A DNA stretch of 54,134 nt. It comes from Intoshia linei. Taxonomy: Eukaryota; Animalia; Orthonectida. The notes below the pieces were generated by a model. It searched no databases. It had not been told where the DNA came from and was given only the letters and a program-made list of their open reading frames with translations. The number at the start of each line of letters is the position of its first letter. Position 1 is the stretch's first letter. The position numbers and the translations under genes are program-made. This document shows, one piece after another, positions 1 to 12,700 of this stretch. Where the stretch lies: contig LWCA01000108.1 in the NCBI GenBank assembly GCA_001642005.1, positions 1-54,134 on the forward strand, in the 5' to 3' direction.

Positions 1-1167
1 TTTGGATCTTGTCCTATCAGAAATTCATAAATATTGAAATTATGTCCACCCTATATACATTGTGTTTTTAATATTATAAAATACAGACTTTTAATCCATG
101 TAAATAAACTTATATTCGTTTAAATTTATTATTTTTTTTAAATTAAAATTTTTGTACTTTGTCTGACCAAATTAAAATTAAATTATAAATTAAAAGCGAC
201 ATCTTACATTGTATACAAAATGGGACATTACAGTCAAAAATACCTTTTGAATTTCAAACAAAAATGTTAAATTGGGACACTCTAATGTATATACTAATGT
301 ATGTATAATATAAATGTATAAGTTAGTTTTTTATATTGAATCTTAGATTGTATTTTGAATTCAAAAATACCTCTGAAAGGCTGTAAATACTAATTATAGA
401 GAAAATTTGAGTAATCTGATCATTAATAATAATTAATTCCTTTACATGTTGCATAATCAAGAGTTTACTTGAGTTTATAATGTTTAACTTGCATGTAATT
501 ATTTTAATCTAATATATTATCTGAAATCGACAACAGATAGGTGAAATTATCCAGTTTTGACTGAACAATATAATATTTGAAACAAATTAAATTTTAGTAA
601 ATCATAAACATTAAAATATTTATTCAAAATTAAGAGATGTAGCCTGAAGATTTTCTAATAATGTTCTATTTTCTACATTATCAAATAAATATAATATACA
701 GTCTTTTGTATTTTGCTCAGTCAAAATATACTCTCTTTTTTTTTCTTGGAAAGATTCTACTACCTTATTTATATATATGTTACAGGCAAATTTCAAATTC
801 AAATTCAAAATTTAAAAAACAACTCAACTTATTAAGATTTATTACTCAGATTTATCAATAGTTCCAAAAATGATTTTTAAACATTCATTATTCAGGAAAA
901 CGAGAATAAACATTACTAAACGACAAGTATACTTTTTACATTTAAGATGAAATGACGTTAGATAAAAAAAAACGCATTGACCAACAGTATTATCAAAAAG
1001 TGAATTTGGCTGACTCAAATAACCAAAATTAGGGTATCAGTAATGTTAAAGATAAATATGCGGATTAGGGTGTGCCATTTTTGGGTCAATTTTATAATTT
1101 AAAAGAGATCGAGTACAACTTGATCATTTTTTAATATTCGAGTTGCGCAGAAATTTATTTTAGCACA

Positions 1168-2390
1168 TCCTTACTTACATAATATGCTATGCAATATTTG
1201 TTTGTGTGTGTTACCGTTTATTTCAATAACTACCAGTCTTAGCATTTTATAAACTTCACATTTCACTTACAGTTTTTTTCGGAGTGTTAGCAAAATAAAT
1301 TTCAACCGCCCAAACTCACATCTTACGAGTCAAAAATCCCAATTGTCCTTTTTTTGAAATCAAACGGGTTCAAGAATTTAAAAAATTAAATACTCTAATA
1401 CGGATTTTAAAATCATAACTTTAAATTTAAAAAAAAAGTATCTTTAGGGCCAAAATCACAAATTACCCTATATTTTTTATATATCCTTCCTATATTCTAT
1501 TACATCTAAAATACCCTTTTTGGTATTCAAATAGCTGTCTGCCTTTGATAACATTAAATTTAGACGAGTAATAAAAATTTTTTGATTAATAGGGTAAAAG
1601 TTTTTTATACTTCCCAAATCCCATCGATCTCGCATAGTTTTCTATAAATTAAATTAATAATACTATTTTGATGTTTAGTTTACTTTGCTTACCTCTTTAC
1701 CTTTACTCCTTTATTTATATAAAAATGAATATCTGTGTGTGTAACCATTTATTGAAAAAATTGACAGTCGTAGAGTTTAAAAAACCCAATTTCTAGTACA
1801 GTTTTTCCTAGGACGTGATTTTATCTACTTTCAATTTTAGACTTTTAGTCATTCATGGTAAAAAAATTTTCCCTTTTGTTTAAAAAAAAATGAGCCCAAA
1901 AATTTAATAAAACATACATTTTAGGACGTGTTTTAAAATCATTAACATTATCGTTTATCTCAGCCTCATAAACGCATACATTCATGGTCAAAACCCCAAA
2001 TTACCCTTTGTTTCAAAAATAAAACATATCCTAAAATTTTATAAAACATAAATTATGGGATAATTTTTAAAATCATAAACATAATCACAAATGTAAACAT
2101 CAAAAAAGATAATTTTCACGATCAAAACCACAGATAACCATTTTTTTTTAAAAAGAAAACAGCCCTAGAATTTAAAAAAAATTACAGATTATACAGTTAT
2201 ATCCTGTTAACACACACACAAAAAATTTCAATCTGAATAATTGACGCCTTCACAGTCAAAAAGACAATTTAATATTCATTTTTTTTATGTCGAAACTATT
2301 TTATTAAAACAAAAAATTTGAAATATATAACAGTCCTACAATTAAAAAAAAAGATTATTCTGATACAGCTTATTCCAGTTGATATAAATA
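1168..2390 (+). mobile_element. Non-autonomous Helitron-like repeat, 5' part with internal ~130-bp subrepeats
   Basis: Starts A|TCCTTACTTACATAATATGCT...TTTGTGTGTG, the same 5' end as the copies at 15662 and 24958. The motif GGTCAAAA.CCCAAATT.CCCTTT recurs near 1328, 1447, 1855, 1985 and 2118. Right boundary is approximate. Confidence 0.7.
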
Positions 2391-2449
2391 TATATATAAT
2401 AATATATACATTGTATATATGAAAGATCCAAATTATAAGCTTACTTTGA

Positions 2450-2580
2450 TTGACAGTAATTAAGCATAAAAAACGGGCAAAGCTGGTGTCAGTAGAAGAA
2501 GAACTTCGTTTATGTCTTTCAAAAACAAGTCCAAGAATTAAAAACCTCTGTAAAAAATACCAGGTCCAAATTTTTTATTT
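2450..2580 (+). mobile_element. hAT (Charlie/Buster-type) transposase C-terminal relic
   Basis: Translates LTVIKHKKRAKLVSVEEELRLCLSKTSPRIKNLCKKYQVQ, resembling the Buster/Charlie C-terminus (IKTKxRxRL.VExxLRxxLS...PRIxxLC). Confidence 0.65.
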
Positions 2581-3893
2581 CAAATTACTCATATCTGAGT
2601 AATGCGGCGTCTAAGGGTTAATAAACAACTTGGAATTTCAGACAAATTTTTACAAAAAAGGGAATTTGCGATGAAGATACATACATATTTTGTATAAGAT
2701 TTTAAAATTGATCATAATGTTGATAATTTTAAAATCTTTATCAGATTGTATATTTTTTATAATTCTAAGTGATTTAAATTTAATTAGTTTTTGACCTTGA
2801 AAGACTCAATTTCTGAAGATGAAATGTACAATAAAACATCACTCTTGAAAAAATGTAATAGAAATAGGGAATTTTAAAACTAGATTAACTTTGTAATTCA
2901 GGATAAACTAGAAAAAACAGAGATACATTTTTAACTAACATTCATAGCTTCTCAAAATTAAAAAAATTAAATATTTACATATAAATATTTAAATGTAACA
3001 TGTAAATTAAATTAAATTAAATAAAAATCAGAAAATTCGTTATACCTATTTTGTATTAAAACGCATTATCAATATTTTTTCTATATAATACATAGTACAG
3101 CGGATCCCAACGGCAGGACCGCAGAATAAATTTTAACCATTTAAAAATTAAATAACAAAAAAGTAATTTATTAAATTTTATGTGCTCCTAGAAAAATTTA
3201 AATTTAATTTAATTGAAGATTGAAAAAATAATATTGATATCACGTTGACCAGCTCATTAACACGGACAAGACGATGTATTTATCATGCTTGCATAATTCT
3301 GATGTACAGTGTTATTAAAACCGTTTAAATAATTAACACTGTGAACAATTCACTGAACATAGTTGCCAGATATTATTTATATACGTTTTAAGTTTCAACT
3401 TTCAAGGAAAAATATTTAATTTAATTTTTCAATTTGAAAACACAAATTTCAAAATGATCGTTTTTAAAATTAAAAAATGAATATAATGTTTAAAATGAAA
3501 TAAAATATTTGTCCTTGAAAATTGAAACTTGAAACGTATCGAATTCATCAAGATTTAAAATCCATCATTTTGGATCCTATTCAGACTGACACTCATGTTG
3601 TATAACCGAAACATGGTTTTTTTGAAATTTTAATATAAAGGTATATACAGTAATTTCTTTTCACAGTTTGGCAAACCTAGATTCAACTCAAATAAAACCA
3701 TTTAAATGTATGTTTTTTAAATTATATATATTTGATTTTAAATTTTTATTTGGTTTACTTTGGCCTAAATATCTGGTTAAATTACTGCAAATGCATTTGT
3801 TTACATTTAAATTTAAATATTTATTTTATAAAATTTTTAATCACACTGCAATAAAAATTAAATTTATCAATTTTCTTGAAATCAAATTGTAAA

Positions 3894-5605
3894 ATGGATA
3901 AATCAAAAACAAACGACCAAAACAAAATTCCAAAATACATGTCTTTTGCAACATTAACAGTGTTTGTACTATACATGTACGGAGAAAAAATATTGAAAAG
4001 GTTATTCTAAAGGTTAAACTTTTAAAGTTGCAAATATTTTCCCACATTTAAAATTTTTACATTTTAAATTAGCATTTTAGAAAATGTTTATTTCATGTAA
4101 TATAACCCTTATAAGATACGGATTATTGCAACATTTGTTCTTACAAATGTCACTTCTTTGTATTTAATAATTGTGCAATGTACAATTTACATTTATTAAA
4201 TTAAAAATAAGTTATTCCAAAATTATCTTATACATTTAAATTATTGTCAACTCGGTTTTTTATTTATAAATGATAGATATTTTACAATTGGACATATGGC
4301 CGATAGATATTGGGATGATTTTGTCAATAAATATGGAACCGGTGCAATCACGTTTCTTATTGGTTTTTTTTAACAAATTATTATTACAATATTATTAAAA
4401 TAATGTATGTCAAATTGAAATTATCAACATTCGAATTTAAATTACACAGAATGTTTGATTTTATTTATACACTAAACTAGTAATTTTTCCTTTTAAATTT
4501 TTAAAATGTAGCAAATTGTTGCTTTATATTTCTTAAAATGAGAAACAGTTCCATTCTATCGGTTTATTAATTTATAAATAAGATTACAGTATAATTTTTA
4601 ATTATATTAAATAACTATAATGTACTTCCACCTACGCAGAATTTTATTTTTATGTTAAAGTAAGACATTCTTATTATGAAATGATAATACTTTTAGTATA
4701 AATGATCTTACTAAATGTATTACGTGTTAATGAATGACATGTATTATAATTGTATTATAAATTACTGTCTAGCTGCACTGCTTTTTTCAAATGTGCCATT
4801 TATTTTTTTAAATATTCCTCTAATGATATTGGACATTTGGGATAAACCTAAATTTTTAACAAAATTTAAAATTCAACCAAATAGTAAGGTAATTAATTTT
4901 TAATGGATTATTTTAATTAATATTTAGTTAAATGTTAAAAAACTTCCTAGTTTATTTAAAAAAGTTGTTATAAACCAATATGTAATATGCCCAATCGTGT
5001 TCTATTATTTTTATCAATTATCTATCTGGAGGAGCCGAAATTTTACAGCAAATCTACCTTCACTCTTGAAGATAGTTATAGATTTAGGATTATTTTCTTT
5101 GGTCCAAGAAGTTTTATTTTATTATTTTCATAGGTATGACTGTATCATGTACAAAATAATTACAATTTTAGGTTAGCTCACCATCCAAAAATATACAAAT
5201 ATATACACAAAAAACACCACGAGTGGCGCACTTCTGTTGGTCTGTCTTGTGTATACGCCCATCCATTAGAACATATTCTAGGAAATTTATGTCCTATTCT
5301 AGCTGGACCATTTCTATTAGGTTCTCACATGACTGTAGCGTTAATATGGATATTTATGGACATTTGTTCGACAGTATCTTCTCATTGCGGATATCACTTC
5401 CCATTAATGTCTTCTAATGAAGCCCATGATTTTCATCATTTTCAGTTCATTTTTTAAATTGTTTATAATTTTTTTTAGGTTCACCAATAATTTTGGTGTT
5501 ATTGGTATTTTAGATTATTTACATGGCACAGATAAAGTTTTTAAAAAATCAGAACAATACAAATTTCACATTACGAATTATTCTTTCAAAGCAATTGCAA
5601 GATGA
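3894..5605 (+). CDS. FAXDC2: Fatty acid hydroxylase / sterol desaturase family membrane protein (FAXDC2-like), copy A, 304 aa, 6 exons
   Basis: Exons 3894-4000, 4277-4362, 4773-4888, 4928-5133, 5172-5444 and 5479-5605, all GT-AG and in frame (915 nt). Starts MDKSKTND. Has the His boxes HRLAH, HKKHH and HDFHH, plus YAHPLEH, HCGYHFP and NFG...LDYLHGTD. Confidence 0.9.
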
Positions 5606-5802
5606 ATGTTATATTTTAAAATAATTTAAATTAATTTATTGTAATAAAAAATATATATCAATTACATTTTTTTCGAATTTATAAATGTATCATCATGCAG
5701 GAGACGTTTTGTCTCTACTTTTCGCAATGTAATGTTGAGTAAAGTGTCTCAGTTATGTTCTTATATTGTAATCTCTACCAATCTCCATTCTAAAAATATG
5801 AA

Positions 5803-5839
5803 TATATTAACATATATGTAATACATATATGTTAATATA
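5803..5839. repeat. Perfect 18-bp inverted repeat with 1-nt loop
   Basis: TATATTAACATATATGTA-A-TACATATATGTTAATATA, lying between the convergent FAXDC2-like genes. Confidence 0.9.
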
Positions 5840-6471
5840 AAAAAAATTTAATATCAAAGTATCGTTTTATCGTAAAAAAGTTGTAAGCCTCAAAAAATTG
5901 TAATTTTATTAAATTTAAGTTCATTATGAATTGTCAAAATTTTAATTTTAGTAACTCCTGCACAGAGCCAAACTTACAAGCTCGAGGCCACCGAAAATAA
6001 AGATATGCCATAAAAAAAAATGTCACATAGTCCCTAGCCACTTCTCCAAAACTGTTTATTTAAAATTTTATATTTAACACACAAAATAGTTATAATCCAT
6101 GTTTTCAAGCATATAATTTTTTAATGCTCAAATTAAAAATAGAGGTCCCCATTTTACAAATATTTCATCGACCCCTCAGAAGAGTGGTCTCGGTTGCAAA
6201 TTGCTATATTATATTTAAATCTAATTAAATTTATATTGTAAATGATTCATTTTTCTGAAGCGTGGATCATGTGGATCATTAGTAACCGACACAGAGATTT
6301 AAGTAAAATATAGATTAAAATATTTTTAATTAGGTAAGCCCAGAGAATAAAGGGTTTCCCAGTCTTTTAGTCAACAATCTATACACAATGTCTCTTTAAA
6401 ATTTCTTTTTAATTGTCATCTTCATCGATGTCTTCAAGATTTAAATAATACATTATTATATTATAGATTTA

Positions 6472-6685
6472 TGCTAACTTATATACTAAAATATATAATA
6501 AATAATAATGTAATTCTATTATAATATGCTACGCGATTTTTATTTGTGTGTGTGTATTACACTTTATTGAAATAACTACCACTCTTAAAATTTTTTATAG
6601 ACCACATTTCAATTACAGTTTTTTTCGGGACGTTTAATAAGATAAATTTCAACCTCCCAATTTCACATCTTACGGGTCAAAAACT
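6472..6685 (+). mobile_element. Truncated 5' fragment of the Helitron-like family
   Basis: ATAATATGCTACGCGATTTTT..TGTGTGTGT...CATCTTACGGGTCAAAAA matches the copies at 15662 and 24958. Confidence 0.75.
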
Positions 6686-6961
6686 AAAAACTTAGTTTTA
6701 TATAATTCACAAAAATGTAGTCGAGGTCCAAAAAAAGTATCAGGTGCGGTATACTCGGTTCTCGTAGCGTGAGAAATGATGTGAATTTGAGAAATCTGGG
6801 TTTGAAACAAGTCGTCCTATTTTGTCAATACATTTTATTTATTTTAAAATTTTAATAATGAAAATAAAAAAAATTTATTTAATTATGTAAAACAATTAGT
6901 TTTATACAACTATATAATTCAAAATACTAATATTTTGAAATATTATTTCAAAATGTAATAT

Positions 6962-8591
6962 TCATCTTGGAATAGCTTTGAAAGAATAAATAGTACTATG
7001 AAATTTGTATTGAGGTGATTCTTTAAAAAGTTTATCACTGCCATGTAAATAATCTAAGAGACCGTTAACACCAAAATTATTGGTGAATCTAAATAAAAAT
7101 TAAAAAAATATGTACACAAATTGTTTAAAAATTGTACTGGAAATGATGAAAATCGTGATCTTCATTGGAAGCCATTAACGGGAAATGATATCCACAATGA
7201 GACGTTACAGTTGAATAAATTTCCAGATATATCGATATTAATGGTACAATCATATGAGAACCTAGTATAAAAGGTCCAGCTAGAATGGAGAATAAATTTC
7301 CGACAACGTGTTCTAATGGATGAGCATATACACTGGAAAGCCCAATACAAGTACGCCATTCGTGATGTTTTTTGTGCACATATTTGTACACCAATGGATG
7401 ATGGGCTAGTCTAAAATTAAATTATGCATATCTATAATCAATAATAATAGATATATTATACATACCTATGAGAATAATAAAATAAAACTTCTTCGATTAA
7501 AGAGGATATTCCAAGATCAACAATGATTTTCAACAAAGAAGGTAGTTTTGATATAAACTGTTGACTTCGCCATGTCTGAAGTTGGTAAAAAGAATAAAAA
7601 ACAAGTGGAGAAATTATGTATTGATTAATTACAACTGTCTTAACCAAATCAGGAAGTTTTTTAATATCTAACTAGTATTATGCAAAATTTTTTAATTTAT
7701 AAATTATGTACCTTATTATTAGGTTGAATTTTAAATTTTGTCAAAAATTTCGGTTTATTCCAAATGTCTAATATCATTAGAGGTACATTTAACAAAATAA
7801 ATGGGACATTTGAAAAAATCAACGCAGCTAAACTAAAATTAATTATGATTTGGTTAATTTTCTAATGTTTAACACTGGACTAGGGTTTGCACTTTATGGA
7901 AAAATTAAAATTAACCAAAGGTTGTAAATTGACATAATTTTTAATCTACAAAAAAATTATTTGCACATTATTTTATAATTTTATAACCACTACTAAAATA
8001 TTTATGTTGACGCAACATTTCTAGTCCTGTTAAAACATTAAGATAATTTAATTATAATGTAAAACCTATGAGAAATGTGACTGCACTTGTTCCATATTTA
8101 TTTACCAATTCATCCCAATAACCATCTACAATCTTTCCAAATTCAAAATATCTATGTTAATCAAAGATTAATCACAATGCATATTAAAATTTTAATATTT
8201 TAAAATGTATATTTGAGAATAAAATTAACGTAACACTCTCAAAATTTTCATAAAGTTGCAACTATTGTATATAAAATTGCAAAAATCTATCGATGAGAAA
8301 GATTATCAAAGATTATATAATCGGGGTGATAAAGTAAAAATTCACTGTATTATTTTTGTTCCGATATATAAGTTAAACTATATTATGATATTATAATATG
8401 TAGTAGGATCAAAAATTATGGGTTCCGAAAATAATTATTTTTTACAATTTTTTTGATTTTAAAAGTTTAACCTTTAAAGCTAACCTTTGTAATATATTTT
8501 CTCCATACATATAAAATACAATCAATATTAATCCAGCAAGTGATACATATTTTGGGGTATGATTTGGATCGCTCGATTTTGATTTTTCCAT
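6962..8591 (-). CDS. FAXDC2: Fatty acid hydroxylase / sterol desaturase family protein (FAXDC2-like), copy B, 304 aa, 6 exons
   Basis: Exons 8591-8485, 8151-8066, 7827-7712, 7671-7466, 7410-7138 and 7088-6962, each the same length as the matching copy A exon (107, 86, 116, 206, 273, 127). Starts MEKSKSSD. His boxes HRLAH, HKKHH and HDFHH are intact. Confidence 0.9.
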
Positions 8592-9681
8592 ATTAAATAT
8601 TATTAATTCCAATATTATAGTTACTCTTATAAACTAACTACAAATTTAATGTAAATATACATTATGTAAAATTTATATAAGTTAGATTTTGGATGTATGT
8701 AGTAGTTCATTCATTTGCAAACTGTTGCAAACACCGTAATCGTTCACAATTATTTTAACGTTAGTCATTAATTTTAATAATGTACGAACTGTTTAATTAA
8801 TTACAATTCATGTATACAATTAATAATTAATAACTGTTTTATTTCTTGCATTTACATTAACTAAAGTTTCTGGTCTGGAAAAATACGTCCTATCACTTTT
8901 AGTTTATTTGGAATACATTTTATGCTCAAAATTTTTGTTCGTCATCATGGATAAGTATTTTTAGCTTTACTTTTAACAAATAAACTAAAATTAGATTAGA
9001 TAGTACGTATTTTTTCTGACTACAATATTATAAGTTAAATTTTAACTCCTAAATTATTGTAAATAAATTTAAAATTCTCACTAACATTTCTAATTGAATG
9101 AAAAGAAAATTAATTGAATTTATGTTGGTGGTGGTGGTCCAAATATTAAAAATGTTCAATCATAATTTTTTTACCGAATGGATCCATTGTTAGCTTAAAT
9201 AGGAACAACACTTATAATTATAATTGTAATTAATTAATTAGAGTTAATAAGATTGATAATTTTGAATGAACCAGTATCACGAATGTCAGATGATTTGACA
9301 ACACTGATGAAGCTTCCTTTTTTGTGATTGACAAAAATTAATAGGAATTTTTTTAAAAAGTAATTTACTTGTTTGTGTTAACTGGAATTATCATTTAACT
9401 ATAAAACAACGAATGTGACGGCATTTACAACTTTAAGCATTTTTCACGTTGGTCAATAACTAAATGTTATGGTTTTTATGAGCGTATTATACACAAAAAC
9501 TATGACTAGTTAAGCAATAAGTTATCATTGTCATTACCGTGCATTGAAATTATATAACACAATACGAATAATAAAGGTATACTATAATTATAGTATACAT
9601 TAGTAATGTAGTAATTAAAAAATTAGAGATAACCTATAGTTATATGATAAAGTAAATAAAATTTCTATTTATTACATTAAA

Positions 9682-9693
9682 TTTTGCGCCAAT
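9682..9693. promoter_or_regulatory. Candidate E2F site just upstream of CDC45
   Basis: TTTTGCGCCAAT (reverse ATTGGCGCAAAA) resembles the E2F consensus TTTSSCGC and ends 15 nt before the ATG. A GC-rich core stands out in this AT-rich background, and CDC45 is a known E2F target in animals. Confidence 0.45.
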
Positions 9694-9708
9694 CTTTTAT
9701 CGTTTGTT

Positions 9709-12700
9709 ATGTTTTTAACTAATTTTGAAGAAGAATTTTACAAAACTATAAAATTGAAAGTAATATTTAGTTTTTCATTAAAAAATATAGCTTATGTAAA
9801 TATTTTTAGCGATTGTTAATTATTTTAACAAACAATGTTGATTCTATTTGTGCTTTTAATATTCTTGAATATCTCTTAAAATGGGATAATATTACATATA
9901 CAATGCATCAAGTTCAAGATGTTGTCGACATGAAAGATACCTTTATGAAACATGAACAACAAGTATATACGTTTTCGTTTGTTTCAAGTTTTAGGCCGCT
10001 TAAAAAATTGTTTGATAGTTAAAATTTTGTTCAACAGGGTGTTACTTATCTTAGTAAATCTGTTAATAATCCAATTATTAGTATTCATCATTAAAAAAAT
10101 GTGTTTTAACAGATTTATGGAAAATCTTACCAAAATCAATGCAGTATTTGCGGGCCTGATTTAAATGGAAATGTTATGTTAAAATTTTTGCTTTATTCAC
10201 ATTAAACCAGTGGTTCCTGATTCAAATAGTGTACGGACCATCATTTCAAAATATTTATGAAAAAAATATTTTTTATTAAATTTTTAATGGTGGGATAAAA
10301 GTATTATTTTTGAAATATTATTAATTTGAAATAAATATTAAAAATTATATAAAAATAAACAAAAGTTGATAAAATTTTTTTTATATTTTATTTGAATCTC
10401 ACGACCCCACGATCGCATATAGTTTCGGACCCCAATGGCAACCACTAAATTAGACCAAGTAACGGTCTATTTGCACACAATTTTGAATGGCTTGACATAA
10501 AATATATATTTATATAATATATATTAGAATCTAATCCAGTGCTTTACAACCATTTTTGGTTGGCGACACATATTTCAATCTCAAAAAATTTAGCGACGCA
10601 CCAATCAAAAAAATAAACGATTGACTAATAAATGTAGCTGAACCAATTTTTTTCTAATAATAATCTATGTAAAATTTATCATCATCACTAAAAAGATTTG
10701 AATTTTTACGAATTAAATAAAATTTTAAGTTTGGCGACACACAAAAGTGTCACGACACACCGGTTGGAAAGCACTGCTCTAATCTAATAATCTGATCCAT
10801 TTTTTTTATGAGATTTTAGGTATTTTCATTATATAGATAAGCATGTTGAGATTATTTATTTTATGAGAATATTTATCAAAATCATATAACTAAATTTTTA
10901 GGTTCTCTAAAATTTATCATTTCATTTTTAGACTGAAATTTTGCTTTTAATAAATTGTGGAATAACGATGGATATTGTAGAGTATTTGAACCCTAAAGAA
11001 AATGTAGAAATATTTATATGTGACAGCAATGCACCTTTTGATCTGAATAATGTATATAACCAAGTTCAAGTCAAGATTATAGGAGACGCAAACGACGCCA
11101 AATCTATTCCTCCTTATGATTTGGTGTATTGTGATGATAGTGAACACGAAGAATTTTTACACGAAAAAAAAGAAATGATTCAAAAAAGGTTGGTCCTTTT
11201 TATGCACTTTTATATATCATTATTTTAGAGAGCAAGTTTTATTTGAATATTTTCAATACACATATCACACAAGACCGGTATTTAATTATATATGAGGGAT
11301 CGGCAACTTGTGACTGAAAATACTTTGTTTTTAGCTGATTTTATCAATAATTAAAATAAATTTTTTTGAAAATTATCATTCCGAGGTGATCTACTCGGTC
11401 TAGGGGTTTTTCAGCAGTCCGTGATTAGTCTCTGGGGTATTCGGGTCACGAAATTTTTCCGTTTATGTCTTCATGAAATACCTCATACCTGAAAAAAACA
11501 TGATCATTCTTTAAAGTATATTTGAATGTAAATTTTTAGGGTCTGTGTGAAAAATTTTTTCTATTAAAAAAGAAAGAAAGGTTTTCATAGCATAGTTCAC
11601 CAGCCCAAAAATTACATACCGATCATCTAGTAAAAACAGACTTCCGATTCTAAATATGATAAAATATATTTTTCTTTTTTAGTCCGCAATTATTATGTAC
11701 GAAATGGCTTGGAAATTATCTAACGATAGCGTTCAAATGCTGTGGTAAATTATTAAATGCTGATATTTTTAATTTTTTGATCTACTTGTTAGGTTATCTA
11801 TAATTGGGTTAACGTATAATTACCTGATTGACAATATTTCTAAAGAGGCGTATATTAATGAACAAAAAAATATAAATGATCATGTAACTCGATACCAACA
11901 CCAGTATATTTTTTAAATAAATAATGTTATATAGGTCGTGGAGAGCCGATAGAGACTTTGTCTAAATGAAAAGTATACCCTATATATACAAATAAAAAAC
12001 TTGGGTTCTATATTTATTATTTAAATTGATCACATTCGAATTTTTTATTGTTGACCCCACCAAGGTTAAAATTAAACTAAATTTCCCACTGGTCGTCTAA
12101 ATTCAAAAAACATTTTTGTAATGTTTGTTTTTTTAGATATTGTGAAAATCAATCAATCGATTCCCTGAAAATTACTTTAGAAGAAGATTTAAAATTGTAT
12201 TTATATAAACAATGGAATTTATATGATAGTATCAATAACAGCCCATGTTCATGTAATGCTTTTCAGTGTTTTAGCCGACAAGGGAAAATGAAAATTTGTG
12301 AATTTTTTGCTGATGCCGGGTATTTTATTATTTCCCATTTATTCATCCATTATTAGAATACCTCTGAAAATTACTCTTCAAAATTTCTTTGCCGTTCCAA
12401 TTAAATACAAGAATAATATTATTAATAGAATCAAAAATAATTTACCCAGATTTCAGTATGTTATTATTAGATAGATTGGTAATCATTTTTAGAATTGCTT
12501 ATGATGATATGTTGATGTATACATATAATGCAAAGTATGGTTACGGGGAAGCCATTTCTGCGATGGACATAGCTATAATGTGCACTATACTTGTCGAGGT
12601 TGCTTTTACGTTATTTAAATTTTACAAAATTTAGTTTCAAAACGTAAACCTTGCCAGCAATGAAGATTACAAAATATCCAATTTACTTTTGGGGTAAATT

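Noticed and set aside
620-861. Short ORF-track entries here and at 3668, 15157, 19022, 21238, 21914, 24795, 25821, 33438 and 52950
   Set aside because: Low-complexity F/I/K/L/N/Y ORFs expected in AT-rich DNA; several overlap repeats or lie antisense to real exons.
4095-4160. ATG-TAA followed by an open frame, suggesting stop-codon reassignment
   Set aside because: It lies in intron 1; the true exon 1 is 3894-4000. The spliced gene segments I translated have no internal stops and end in TAA, TAG or TGA.
9085-9445. Possible small minus-strand gene between FAXDC2-like copy B and CDC45
   Set aside because: No consistent spliced frame or recognisable motif could be assembled.
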